A stretch of DNA of 56,369 nucleotides, filler included, from Jimgerdemannia flammicorona (taxonomy: Eukaryota), in assembly GCA_003990765.1 (NCBI GenBank). It is 3 parts of 3 records of this genome, joined end to end, with 100 filler letters (N's around TTAATTAATTAA, not from the genome) between each part and the next. Parts side by side here need not be neighbours in the genome. Positions count along the whole stretch, not along the records: positions 18,825 to 37,547 come from RBNJ01002126.1; positions 37,648 to 56,369 come from RBNJ01002127.1; 1 more part is not named here. One strand, written 5' to 3'. Positions 25,201-38,185 of the stretch are shown one piece after another. Each line of letters starts with the position of its first letter. The first letter of the stretch is position 1. A model generated the notes under the pieces. It was given only the letters and a program-made list of their open reading frames with translations, was not told the DNA's origin and searched no databases. The position numbers and the translations under genes were made by a program.

Positions 25201-25778
25201 AGCAGTTGGCAGGTTGTCAGGATCGGTGAGGAGTGGGACTGGGCAGGTATCTGGTCTTGGAGTGCTGAGGTGAGGCGGTGGCTTCTTCCCAAGTTCTGGG
25301 TGGTGTGGTGGCAAATGCTGTAGAGGAATATCATATTGAATTTCCACACTGGGCATCTGATGGATGGTGGCTGTTTCGACTATGAGGAGTGTTACAATGT
25401 AGGGCAAGCTGGGGGTTTGGTGCAGATGCCAGAACATTGGCTGGGGGAGTGTGAGGTTTTGGGGGACTTTTGGGTTAAAATAGGAAATAGACTGGGTGTG
25501 GAGCATAGACCAGCAGGGGAAGGGGATTGCTGGGAGGACTTGAGATCTTGGCTGGTGGGGGGGGTGGGTGATAGTTGGCTCACTGTTGGGTGGGTGTTAG
25601 TAGTTTGGGTGGGTCTGGTGGGACATTGGCTTTTTGTGTTTGAGGAGGGGCAGCAGATGAGCCTGCAGAAGAAGATTGTAAGGTGAGAGGAGCTGTTGGG
25701 GGATCTGTTGACTGGATGGTGGACTGGTTGGGGTCCTTCAGGGGGGTGGCAGCACAGTTTTGTGGCAAGGATATGTGA
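22273..25778 (+). pseudogene. LINE ORF2: APE endonuclease + reverse transcriptase + C-terminal Cys/His motif, disrupted
   Basis: SLNVNGLR, LQD, GDFN, WSDH, WRLN, APGEDGL, NWRLIMLL, DQEKAYD, GVPQGDLLS, AFADD, YLGI, EHWLGEC. Confidence 0.93.
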
Positions 25779-25934
25779 ACAGAGCAGTGGGAGGGTGGGA
25801 ATTATATTTGATAGAGTGGTGTTCCATCAAGAAGGAGTAGGGGGGAGGGGCCCCCCTAGGGGGATTGGATAGGGGGTGGGTTCATTGTATTTATATAGGA
25901 TAGATGGGTGTAATAAAGGATGAGTCCAAGTGAC

Positions 25935-25977
<43 letters not shown>

Positions 25978-27599
25978 ATAATAATACATTGGAACTTTAT
26001 TACTATCCTATAAGATAGCATCATCTGTCTCATATACTGGATATAGAGTTGGTGGGCAAAAGAGGGATATATTGTTTTCACTTTCATCATCTATATACCT
26101 TTTATAGATTATGGTACAATAAGTTACTAGATTGTAGTATACTGATGGTTGTACTTTATATTACTCATACTTGGATAGTAGAGTTGTGGGTTTGATCTTG
26201 AGAGTTGTCTAGAGATATATATTGTATTCTCCAGTCTCTTTATTATAGTTAAAGTAATCAGAGATGAACATAGGCTGGTATTTGTGCCAGTGGTCATTAT
26301 CTCAATAGATCTTGTAAGTAGTTATGAACTATTGTAAGTTTTTTAGCAAGGTTGGTGGGGTAATCAGAGTTGGTAGAGATTCTTGGCTTGAAGTCATATT
26401 AGTGTCAGAGGGATCATTATCTTCTGCTTCATTATTATCAAACTGGAATATATTATAGATGTCCTTCATAGCATATTCTACTTAGAGCATTTATAGGATA
26501 TAGTCATCAGAGTGTGGGAAGGTTCTGTCTGTAGTTTGAATATACTTAATATACTTGTAGTTGAGTTTTTATATCATATCATCAATTTGACCATAGGATA
26601 GAGTTGTGACTATTATTAGTGATAGTAACTCAGAGGTGAGAAATAAAGGTGCTGTACTTATAGAAGAGTTCTCAGTATTTACAGAGAATGAGTTTCTGGT
26701 GTTGAGATATCTGATAATATTTATATCATAATAGTGTTTGATCATATCTTTTAGAAGGCAGCTAATCTAGTAGTAGCTTGAGATTTGTCCAATTTAGTGG
26801 ACCTCACTAAGCATGTTCAGGGTATTCCATCAGGCTTCTATGAAGTAGAGGGGTGCTAGGCTATAGATATTTATAAGGGGTAGAGAGGGTGTGGCTTAGT
26901 TGATAATGATATTCCAAATGTTATTACAGATATAGTTATAGATCTCAGTGGTTATGTTTGTATATATGTTCAGAAATTGGGATTATTTGTTTAGTTTGTT
27001 GTAGTTCTCTATTTTAATATGTCTCAGTACTTGGTATATATACATTCAGTTCTGATTAGTAAGACTCTGTTTGTATAAATCTTATATTTCATGACTTCAA
27101 GTTAACTCAGCTTTGTGTACTGTGACTTTGGTTTGACTCAGCTTTGTGATCTTATAGGCGACTTCCAGATTTATTCAGAGGTTGTATGTGATTTTGGTGG
27201 CTTGTTCAGAGGATGATATGTGATTTCAGTGGCTTGGAGGTTGTATATTTATATTGTGTTATTATATTCTCCCAATATTATCTCTTGATATATCTGAAAT
27301 CTGCTGGAGTTACTTCTTAGAGATGAGCTAGAGCTATTTCATCTTCTTTAAACAACTTATTCACTTATTTAGTAATAGTAATCTGAGTATAAGAGAGCTG
27401 ACATTCTCAGATCCAGTCTTCTTTTCTCATTTTTGATTATGAATTCAGCAGCTACCTAAGCTTGAAATATTCTTAAAACTCATTTCAGTCCTGATATATC
27501 TTAAAATGTAAAATTCATAATAAGTGTGTTTGTACTATACTATGAATATTATTGAAAGATTCCTCCATCATTGATAGCTTGATAGAATACCACTGTCTT

Positions 27600-30500
27600 T
27601 CTATAGCTTATTGTGTAGCACTAGTAATCTTAGGGGCTGTAACATTACTATATTGATTGGTTGTGATACTTCTTAAGTCAGTTTCAATAAATAGTAGTGA
27701 GAATAATTATACCTAAGAGTTTTCATATCCAAAAGGTGATTCCTTTTATATCTTGCACAAAGTAAGGTCCTTCTCACTTAGACTCCAGTTTTTTTGACTA
27801 TGAAGCTTTTACTATATTCTAATACATCAGAACCTTATCTCTTATCTTAATAATCTCCAGGAACTTGTGAATCTTTTCTGCATTATTCTACTCTAGTGCC
27901 TGCACCTTGGTTATATAATCCTCAGTCCTCTTTCTAATTTAGTATAGTCTCTATATTTCTTCATCCACACATTTCCATATAGCATCACTATTGAACAATA
28001 GAGTTTCTTGAGAACTTTTTTCTCTAAACAGCATTTTCCAAGAGGTAAAATGGGTGCTTTGTGATCAAATATCCTAGAGAGCAGATAATGCTATTGACTG
28101 ATAGTAATCCTAGTTTTCATAGTTATCACAGATTTTAGTAATAATATTCTTAAGAGTCTTATTAGTCCTTTCCATCTATCCATTTTCTTGAGGATGATAT
28201 GCTGTAGTCTTTATGTACTAGATCTTATACTTCTTGTAAAGAACCTCAAAGAACTAATTTACAAATTCTGTTCCTCTGTCTGTAGTTACTTGTATTGAGG
28301 TCTTGAACTGGCAGATGATTTCTTTGTGAAAGAAATCAGCAATTGACTGTACATTGACTTTCTTGAGGAGTTCTGCCTCTATCTATTTTATGAAGAGGTC
28401 TATAATGATAATGATGTATCAGTTCCTAGTCAAAGTCAAGGATAGAGAGCTAATCACATTTATTATAATATGGACAAATGATACTAGTTCTATGTGTACT
28501 AATTCTGGAGCTTTATTTCATTGATCTTGTTTCTGTTTCTAGTATTTATTACAAGTCTTAACAAATTGTTTGTTATCTTCCTTCATTCCTGATCACTATA
28601 TTGTTCTTCTTACTTTATTATATATGTTTGTTCCTCCTAGATAGTCAAGTTCATATATTAATTTCATTACTTACTCCTTCTTGTATTCTGATATAACTAG
28701 TAGCTTTCCTTTCTTTAATGTTTCTTCATCAGTTTTTAATTGTTTCTATGTTCTATTGATAATTTTTTGTATCAATTCTTCTAGATGTTGGGGCATATTT
28801 TGCTGTCTCAGATAATATAGTAGAGCTCCTTATTCATGATTGATTTGCTGGTTGGAAGTCCTTTGGAGTATCTGTAAGAGGGTATCTATATTGGTATTAG
28901 TTCTTCCTGAGTAGTATATGATGGTTATATCATATGCTTATAACTTTATGATCTATCTGACATAGATTTCTTTGGGTTACCCAGTAATCAGTAGCTAAGT
29001 GAGGACTGAGTGGTCTGTCTGAATGGTGAAGTATCTTCTGATGAGATAGTAGTGGAACCTTTCTATAGCCCAGATGACTGTAAGACATTCCAACTTATTG
29101 GATTCATATTCTTTTTTAGCTCCTCAGGTTCCTTGGCTTAGGTATATAATGATATACTCTACTTTGTCTTTCTTTTAAGCTAAGACTACTCCTAGTTCTT
29201 GGGTACTTATTTCTGTCTACAAGATGAATTCTTAAGTCTAATCAGGTCTTCTGAGGATGGGTACCTGGGTCAGTCTGACCTTAAGTTTGTCAAATACTTT
29301 TTGTTGCCTACTAGTCTATTAGAACTTGTTATCCTTCTTGTTGAGTTCATAGATTGGGTCTGTGATATTAGAGAATCCTCTGATAAATCAGTGGTAGTAT
29401 GAGGTAAGCCCTATAAAGACTTAGACTTTAATAACTATAGTGGGCTTTAGATATACTGCTACTGCTTGAATTTTGAGGAGATCTGATGCATTGCATCTCA
29501 ATTGATGATATGGCCAAGATAGATGATCTTAATTTCTGTAAACTTATACTTTTTAGACTTGATATAATCTTAGCTTCTTCATTATCTACTGAATATGCTG
29601 CAGATGTTCCTCAGGTATCTTACTGTAGATAATCACATCATTAATATAAACCATCATCTATTATTCTATATTATAGCAGAAGATTTTGTTCATCATTCAC
29701 TGAAAACTTACTAGTGTATTGTATATTTCAAATGATATTTGCAGATAGATATAGATTCTTTCTGGGGTGATGAAGGCTGATTTCTCACTTACTGTTTCTA
29801 TGAGTCTGATTTGGTGGAATCCTGAGTATAGATCCAAGGTGCTATAATACTGTACTTTGTCTTCCAGAGTTATAAAGATGTTATTGATGAGGGGCAGTAA
29901 TTGGTGAACCTTCTTGGTGACTACATATATTGAGCTTTCTATAATCAATATAGAGTCTTGGGGTGAATTCTCCAGGCTTGCTTCCTTTCTTTGGGGCTAG
30001 TACAACTAGTGAAGACTAGGGGCTGCTGGCTTTCTTGATGATACCAGCTTCTTCCATCTGCTTGATTTCTTCTCTGAGCCATTCTCAGTAGGCTGACAGG
30101 ACAGGTCTTGCTTTCTGATAAATTGGTTCAGTATCTCCAGTATCTACATCATATATAATAGTAGTATGGGGTCTTTTCTTTGATATTATTGAAGTCTATG
30201 GTAAGGATGTTCTCAAATTTGTAGAGTATTTTCTTGAGCTCTATTCTGAGTAGGAATTTATTTCCAATAGTATAGCTGTACTTGTTTGTAGTTTTCTCCT
30301 TCTTATGCTTCAGCTTAGTAATCTTGGTACTAGTGAATACTTCTCTTTTTATAGATCTAAATCCTTTCCTTCCTCTTTCTGTTTTCTCCAACTTCTTGAC
30401 TTCTATGATCCTTTGCTGAAGAACTGGAAAGATCAACATCTATATCAGTTGGTCCTACTTCTTGATTGAAAATAGAATCATATAATTGTGGTTCCTAGCA

Positions 30501-31810
30501 ATAAGTAGTATTTTTCCAATATAATCTGAATAAATGACTCCTTCTTTAATTGTGATTTCACTCTTAGCCAGACTGCTTCTTATCTTGAGGATTCTGATAT
30601 GGTCTTTTGGAATAGCCATCTCCAGACCAGTTATAAGTAGGATAGTTATCTGAGGTTTAAGTACAGTTTCCTCCACTATAGTAATATTCATTCTAGCTAC
30701 ATTTTCTGACTTATATTCTGGTAAGACTGTATCAGGATAAATCTTCCAAATCTTGATCTTAATTTCCTCTTTATCATCACTGTCTTTGAGGAGAGCTGGT
30801 AGTTTGTCATCCTCTTCTTTCTTCATTTTCTTTTCTTCTCTTGTCTGTTTCTCAAGAGCCTTCTCTCTTCTTTAGTAATAGATATTCTTAATTTTGCCAG
30901 TATACTGGTAATACTTGTTGATATGCTCCATATAATATATTCAGATCCCATAAGAGCAGACTTCTTATAGTATATATTCTTCTATAATCTTCTTATACTA
31001 GTCTTCTTTGCTCATCCATCTGATTTTCTTCTTCTTTTCTGAGTTGTCACCATATAGGCTTCTTCTTGTTCACTCTCTTCTTCCTTTATCTCAGGCAGGA
31101 CTTCTTTGTTGACATTAATGGGAATTCACATCTTCTGTCTACAGTAGATGATCTATATCTTTTGAGCATTCAGATCGATTATTGTCTTAGCTTTATGAAG
31201 CCACTAGTTGCTGATAAGGATATTATAGTTAATTGCATTAGTTATGATTACATTCACTGAAATAGTTGCTCCTCCAAACTTAATAGAAACATCTCAGATT
31301 TTCCCAGAGATGTGGCTCTTGTACTATCTGTTATGATGAACCCCAATTTGGTTACTTCTTTAACTTCCCAATCTAGGCAGTCTGCTGCTTTCTTACTGAG
31401 GAAGTATCCTCCTACTCCTGTATCAATAATAGCCTCAAAGACTCTATTCTCAATTTGATAGATTATATAGACAGAGGTCTTACAGTTGTCTTCACTTTCT
31501 TCTCTTGAGTTTTCTTGAATATTGTTGGTCTCTGTTATCTTCCATCTTTACTCCTTGGTTGTTTCAGTAAGTCTATATCTCATTTGCTATCTGAATGTAG
31601 ATATTTCTGTCAGCTGGCTGAAGGTTGCATTGACCTTTTGTTGGCTGAGGTCCTTAAAGATATCATACTTAAAGGTCTTGGTTTTGTAAAGCTTCTTTTT
31701 CTTTTCTCCTTTACTGGCTGGAGTAGTTCCTCAGATGATATCTTGAACAGCCTATTTTAACTCCATATCTTGATCTATTTTATTATCTTAACTTTCTATA
31801 GCAGTCTCCA
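27600..31810 (-). mobile_element. Gypsy family A, decayed copy 1 (gag end-PR-dUTPase-RT-RNaseH-IN)
   Basis: IIDTGVGG protease (~31420), dUTPase (30350-30770), LDLYSGFHQI RT motif, integrase remnants. Confidence 0.8.
30350..30770 (-). pseudogene. dUTPase domain between protease and RT (family A copy 1)
   Basis: LPEYKS, TGLEMAIP, RSSLA, GVIYSDYIG, TERGRKGFRS correspond to decayed dUTPase motifs. Confidence 0.8.
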
Positions 31811-34399
31811 TCTGCTTTTCCACAGAGTTCTTCTTGGGTCTCCCTAGTGGTCTCTTTACCATATTCCAATATATCAGGACTTTGTCTCCTATCTTGATAA
31901 TCTCCAGGAGCTTGTAAATTTTTTTCACATTGTTCTATTATAGTATCTGTACCTTGGTTATATAATCTTTGGCCTTCTTTCTGATTTGATATAGCCTCCA
32001 TATTTCTGTATCTATATGTTTTCATACAGTATCTTCATTAGATAATAAGGTTTCTTAAGAACTTTCTTCTCTAAATAATATTTCTTAAGGAGTAACATAT
32101 GTGCTTTTTGATCAGATATCCTGGAGTGCAGATAATGCTATTAGCAGATAGTGATCTCAGTTTTCATAGTTATCACAGATCTTAGTGATAATATTTTTGA
32201 GAGTCTTGTTGGTACTTTCTGCTTATCTATTTTCTTATAGGTGATAGGCTGTAGTTTGAATGTACTAGATTTTATATTTCTTGTAGAGAACCTTGAAGAA
32301 CTGGTTCATGAATTCTGTTCTTCTGTCTATAGTTACTTACTTTGAGGTCTTGAATTAGCAGATGATTTCTTTGTAGAAGAAATTGGCTATTGTCTATATA
32401 TTAGCTTTCTTGAGGGATTCTACTTCTATCTATTTTATAAAAAAGGTCTACAACAATAATGGTATATCAGTTGTCAGTTAAGGTTAAAGGTAGAGGACTG
32501 ATTCTATCTATTGCAATGTATGCAAAGGGTACTAGTTCTACATGTACTGATCCTAAAGTCTGATTTTATTGATCTTATTTCTGTTTCTGATATTTGTTAC
32601 AGGTCTTGACAAATTGTCTGATATCTTCCTTTATTTCTGGCCACTATATTATTCTTCTTGCTTTATCATATATATTTGTTTCTTCTAGATGACCAAGTTT
32701 ATATACTGATTTCATTGTTTGCTCTCTCTTATATTTTTGTATAATGAGTAATTTTTCTTTCTTCAGTATTTCTCTATCAGTTTTGAATTGGTTCTATATT
32801 CTGTTGATAATCATTTATATCTATTCTTCCAGATATTGGAGTATCTTTCATTGTTCCAGATAGGTGATGAATCTATAGTAGAGCTCTTTATTTATGATTG
32901 ATTTGCTGATTGGAAGTCCTTCAGAGTATCTATGAGAGAGTATTTGCATTGACATTAGTTCTTCCTGGACAGTATATGATGGTTACATCATAGGTTTGCA
33001 ACTTCATAATTAGATTCCTTTGGATTGCCCAGTGGTCAGTAGCTAAGTAAGGACTGAGTGTTCTATTTGAATAGTGAAGTATCTTTCTGCCAGGTAGTAG
33101 TAGAACTTCTCTATAGCCCAGATAACTGCAAGATATTTCAACTTATAGGATTAATACTCTTTTTCAGCTTCTCAGATTCCTTGGCTGAGATATATAATGA
33201 TATATTCTACCTTATATTTCTTCTGAGCTAGGACTACTCCTAGTCCTTGAGCACTTACATCTATCTATAAGATAAATTCTTAAGTCCAATCAGATCTTCT
33301 GAGGATAGCTGCCTGGGTCAGTCTGATCTTAAGTTTATCAAATACTTTTTGTTATCTACTAGTCCATTGGAACTTAGTATCCTTCTTGTTGAGTTTATAT
33401 ATTGGGTCTGTGATGTTGGAGAATTCTCTGATAAATCTTCAGTAGTAAGAGATGAGCTCTATGAAGACTTGGGCTTTAGTAACTATAGTAGACCTTAGAT
33501 ATACTACTACTGCTTGAATCTTGAAGGAGTCTGTGTATATTCTTTCTTGATTGATAATATAGCCAAGATAAATGATCTCAATTTCCACAAACTTGTACTT
33601 CTTGGACTTGATGTAAATACCATGCTATCTTAGCTTCTCTATTATCTGCTGGATATGCTATTGATGTTCTTCAGCTATCTTGCTATAGATAATAACATCA
33701 TTAATATAAACTATCTTCTATCTTCTTATATTATAGTAGAAGATTTTATTCATCATTTACTGGAAGCTTGCAGGAGTATTATATATTCTGAATAGTATTT
33801 ATAGATAGACATAGGTTTCATCTGGGGTAATGAAGGCTGACTTTTTGCTTACTGCTTCAGTGAGGCCAATTTGGTAGAATCCTGAGTATAAGTTCAAGGT
33901 ACTGTAGTATTGTGTTTCATCTCCCAAAATTATAAGGATGTTACTGATGAGAGGTAATAATTGGTGATCTTTCTTAGTAATCAAGTTGAGCTTCTTATAA
34001 TCAGTACAGAGTCTTGGAGCAAATTCTCCTAACTTACTTTCTTTTTTTGAGACTAGTATAACTGATGAAACCCAGGGGCTGCTGGCTTCTTTAATGATAC
34101 TGGTTTCTTCTATCTGCTTGATTTCTTCTCTGAGCCATTTATAGTAAGCAAGTAGTATTGGCCTTGCTTTTTGGTAGATTGGTTCAGTGTCTCCTGTATC
34201 TATATCATAATAGTAATATGGAGTCTTTCCTTTGATATTCTTGAAATCCATGGCTAGGATATTCTCAAATTCATAAAGTATCTTCTTGAGTTCCTTCTTG
34301 AGTGGGAATTCATATCCAATAGTATAGCTATGCTTGTTTATAGTTTCCTCCTTCTTATGATTTAGTTTAGTGATCTTGGTACTGGCAAATACTCCTCTT

Positions 34400-34825
34400 C
34401 CTATGGATCTGAATTCTTTCTTTCCTCTTTCTGTTTTCTCCAACTTCTTAACTTCTATGATCCTTGGCTGAAGAACTGAGAAGATCAATATCTATTCCAG
34501 TCAGTCCTTTTTCTTAATTAGAAATGGAATTATAGAATTGTAGTTCCTAGCAATAAGTAGTATTTTTCCAATATAATCTAAATTGACTCCTCCTCCTTCA
34601 ATTGTGATTTCACTCCTAGCCAGACTGCTTCTTGTCTTGAGGATTCCAATATAGTCCTTTGGAATAGTCATCTCCAGACCAGTTGTAAGTAGAGTAGTTG
34701 TCTGGAGCTCTAGTATGGTTTTTTTCTACTATAGCAATATCTATTCTGACTATATTCTCTGACTTATATTTTGGTAGAACTGTATCAGGGTGGACCCTCT
34801 GAATCTTAACCTTGATTTCTTCTTT
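34400..34825 (-). pseudogene. dUTPase domain (family A copy 2)
   Basis: Homologous to 30350-30770; TERGKKEFRS motif-5 remnant. Confidence 0.75.
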
Positions 34826-36958
34826 ATCATCATTATTGTCCAGAAGGACTGGTGGTTTATCATCCTCTTTCTTCTTCTTCTTCTCTTCTTTCATCTGCTT
34901 TTTGAGAACCTTCTGTCTTCTTTTCTGGTAGATCCTTCTAATACCAATACTACATTGGTAGCAGTCATTAATGTGCTCACTATAGTATATCTTGATTCTG
35001 TGAGAGCAGACTCCTTGTGGTATATATTCTTCTGTGATCTTTTTGTACCAGTCTTCTTTATTGATCTATCTAACTTTCTTCTTCTTTTTCTAAGTAGTCA
35101 CCATATAGACTTCTTCTTGCTTGCTTTTTTCTTTCTCTATCTCAGACAGTACCCCTTTGTTGATATTAATAGGAATTTACATCTTCTGACCTTAGTAGAT
35201 GATCTACATATTCTGGACATTTAGATCAATTATTGCCTTGGCTTTATGAAGCTATTGGTTGCTGATGAGGATGTCATAGTTAGTGGCATTAGTCATGATC
35301 ACATCTACTGGAATAGTTGCTTCCCCAAACTTGATAGGAATATCTTGGATCTTTCCTAGAGGTATAGCTCTTATACTATCTACTGTGACAAATACTAGCT
35401 TGATCACTTCTTTAACCTCCTAATTTAAGTGGTCAGCTGCTTTCTTACTGAGAAAGTATTCTCTTACTTCTGTATCAATGATAGCCTCAAAGATTCTATC
35501 TTCAATCTGACAGAATATAGGCAGAGGTCTTGTAATTATCTTAGCTCTCTTCTCCTAAGTCTTCTTGAACATTATTGGTCTCAGTTATCTTCCAACCTTG
35601 CTCCTTAGTTATCTCAGCAAGTCTATATCTCATTTGCTGTCTGAATGTGGATATTTCTATTAACTGGCCAAAGGTTGCATTAATCTTTTATTGGCTGAGG
35701 TCCTTGAAGATATCATACTTAAAGGTCTTGGTTTTGTAAAGCTTCTTCTTCTTTTCTTCTTTACTAGCTAGAGTGGTTCCTCACATAATATCTTGAACAG
35801 TCTATTCTAGCTCTATATCTTGATCCATTTCTTCATCTTAACTTTCTATAGGTCTCTATCTATTTTTCTACAGAGTTCTTCTTGGGTCTCTCTGGTAATC
35901 TCTTATAGGGTTATTTGTAGATATCTTTCTTGATAGTCTTGGTAGGGTAGGCTTCTCATTCTTCTTTATCTGATTCTCCAATCTCTTCAAAGGTGATAGT
36001 ATTGGCCTGTTCTTTATTTTGAGTAATATTGCTTGGCTAGACCTTGTACTTAGTTTCACTCATATATTTATATAAGTAGTGGCCTTCTTCTCTATATATA
36101 TAGCAGATACCTCTCTTTTTATCTAAGGTAGTAGCAAACTTCTGAACTGGACAGTGATCTCTTCCTCTGACTTTCTTTACTATGTCTCCTAGGTGGGCTA
36201 TCATTTTAGTGAACTTTTTGATAAGTTCCTCTATAGGGTCACTATTTCTCTGCTATTCAGTAGCTCTTAGCTAAAGTATATTTTGATTGATCACTATAGT
36301 AGAGATTATACTAGTTACCTTGAGTGCTTCAATTTTAACTCCAGTAATACTTTTCATTATATTATCCTGTAGATGTCTAGCTATCTAGTATCACTGAATA
36401 TAGATGACCTTTTGCTGCAGATTTAGGACTATTGGTAATGAGTAAATTATCATAACTATCTCCAAGTAGACTTCTTTCATAAAGATTACTTTAGCTACTT
36501 GGTCTCAGATAGCAACAGTATAATCTGCTAGAATTATCTAATATTGGATTCTAGTATAGAATATGATTGGATCCTTGGTTATTCCTTGACATATTATATT
36601 GAGCTGATCCTTCAGAGTTTGCTTGATCTCATCTATATAATAGGTATTTCAGAGCCATGTCTTCTGTACTATAAATATAGTATTAGTATTATTTCCTATA
36701 TGAATACTGCTCTTATAGATTTTTGGAGACTGAAGAGTATAAGGGCTACTTGCTGACTACTGTCAGGGTCCTTACAGTAGTATATTGCTCAAAATTATCA
36801 ATGAAGATAATGATTGATTCATCTGAAGTATATCTGTAGAATACTGGTATTCTTATATCTATTTTATCTGAATGTCTTGATTCAATTTGTGTGGTTATTT
36901 ATTGTTTAGCTTAAAAGTGAGAGATTTATCTTAAATCACTAGCTAATGGGTACTAAGT

Positions 36959-37432
36959 TGCAATATAGCAGACACCTAGCCTTAGAAGTATGGCAGATTT
37001 CTATATCTTGAAAACTTGACTTGTTTTGACTCTTACAGAGTCCTCAGGGTATAAAGTAGTGAGTTTGAAGTATATCTGCCCACAGACTTACTAGTTTTTT
37101 TACTTTCTCTTTACTTTAAACTATTTCAATCTAAGATTTATTCACTCTAAGATACTGGGTTATTTATACAAGTTTGCTAGCTATAAGGTGGCTAAGTTAT
37201 GACTTTGTTTTTCATAAATTATTTTCTATAAGTATAGATCCTCTATATCTATGAAATCTCTATAATAGTGAAGATTCTATATTTATAGAATTTCTACATT
37301 TATAAAGTTTCTACATTTGTGAAATATGACTACTATTTGTAAGGCTATACTATATTTGAGAATCAGATTTAGATACTATAATCAAATTTCTATTCTCTTA
37401 ATTCATATTACTAATTTAAATTAACTATCACA
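36959..37432 (-). repeat. Probable 5' LTR of family A
   Basis: TG...CA-bounded AT-rich segment followed on the minus strand by ACT-TAGTACCC (decayed TGGTA PBS-like); no partner LTR in the window. Confidence 0.45.
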
Positions 37433-37547
37433 ATATACTTATAATGTAAAATAAATTTATTTATTATTTTATTTTATTAACTTAATATTTTATAAAACTT
37501 TATATAGTTAATATTTTTTAAATAGATAATATAGTTTATAATTAATT

Positions 37548-37647
37548 NNNNNNNNNNNNNNNNNNNNNNNNNNNNNNNNNNNNNNNNNNNNTTAATTAAT
37601 TAANNNNNNNNNNNNNNNNNNNNNNNNNNNNNNNNNNNNNNNNNNNN
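37548..37647. other. Artificial contig spacer
   Basis: 44 N + TTAATTAATTAA + 44 N. Confidence 0.97.
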
Positions 37648-38019
37648 CCCCTCCCTAGGCTCGCCTTGCCCTTCCCCTCAGCAGCACCAGCCCTACCCCC
37701 AGCCGGCCACCCACTCCCCTTGACCTTGTCTGCAAAGCTCGGGAGCTCAGACTTTCCCCCATTGTCGCCAGCCGACCCTTGCCCACCAGCCCTGTCTCCT
37801 CCTCCACCCTGTCCTCCTGCCAGCAGGCCCCTCATACTTCCCCCCAAGCCAGGACCTCTCCCCACATGCTGCCATCCAAATGCTCCAGGGCCACCCTGCC
37901 CAGTATGCACCTCCGGATGCTTGTTGGTCGCCATGAAACTAGTAGCTTTTCTCCAGAAACTGTATCAAAAGTGTTGCCAAAGGTTTGTGTAACCTGAATG
38001 TTACCGGAGAAAGATGTGA
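37648..38019 (-). mobile_element. 5' end of an L1/Tx1-like LINE (5' UTR + ORF1 start)
   Basis: CTTTCTCCGGTAACATTCAGG matches ~20137; ORF MATNKHP..LPSFADKVK matches 20216-20548. Confidence 0.85.
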
Positions 38020-38185
38020 ACAGAACACTTGAACAAATGCTCAGAAACTATGTGTCTTATGAGCAAGATAATTGGGACCACTATCTGAGCTATGCTGAGT
38101 TTGTCTACAATAATGCCAATCAATCATCAACTGGTCTTTCCCCATTTCAGCTACTTCATGGTCAAAACCCTGAGACCTCTGCAAG

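Larger units (their letters stand above)
20125..25974 (+). mobile_element. Full-length, inactivated L1/Tx1-clade LINE
   Basis: ORF1 + ORF2, poly(A) ending 25974, ~18-bp TSD GAGATAATAATAYATYGG (20107-20124 / 25975-25992). Confidence 0.92.
19869..27252 (-). mobile_element. Decayed LTR of gypsy family B (long variant), split by a LINE
   Basis: 19869-20124 and 25975-27252 align with 38740-39842; an extra ~375 bp at ~26518-26894; ends in decayed TTGGAGGTTGTGCGCTTACA. Confidence 0.8.
31811..37432 (-). mobile_element. Gypsy family A, decayed copy 2 (5' LTR-gag-PR-dUTPase-RT-RNaseH-IN)
   Basis: ORF 33799-34488 (SSPWVSSVILV, RLCTDYKKLN, LNLYSGFYQIG); collinear with copy 1; probable LTR at 36959-37432. 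Confidence 0.8.
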
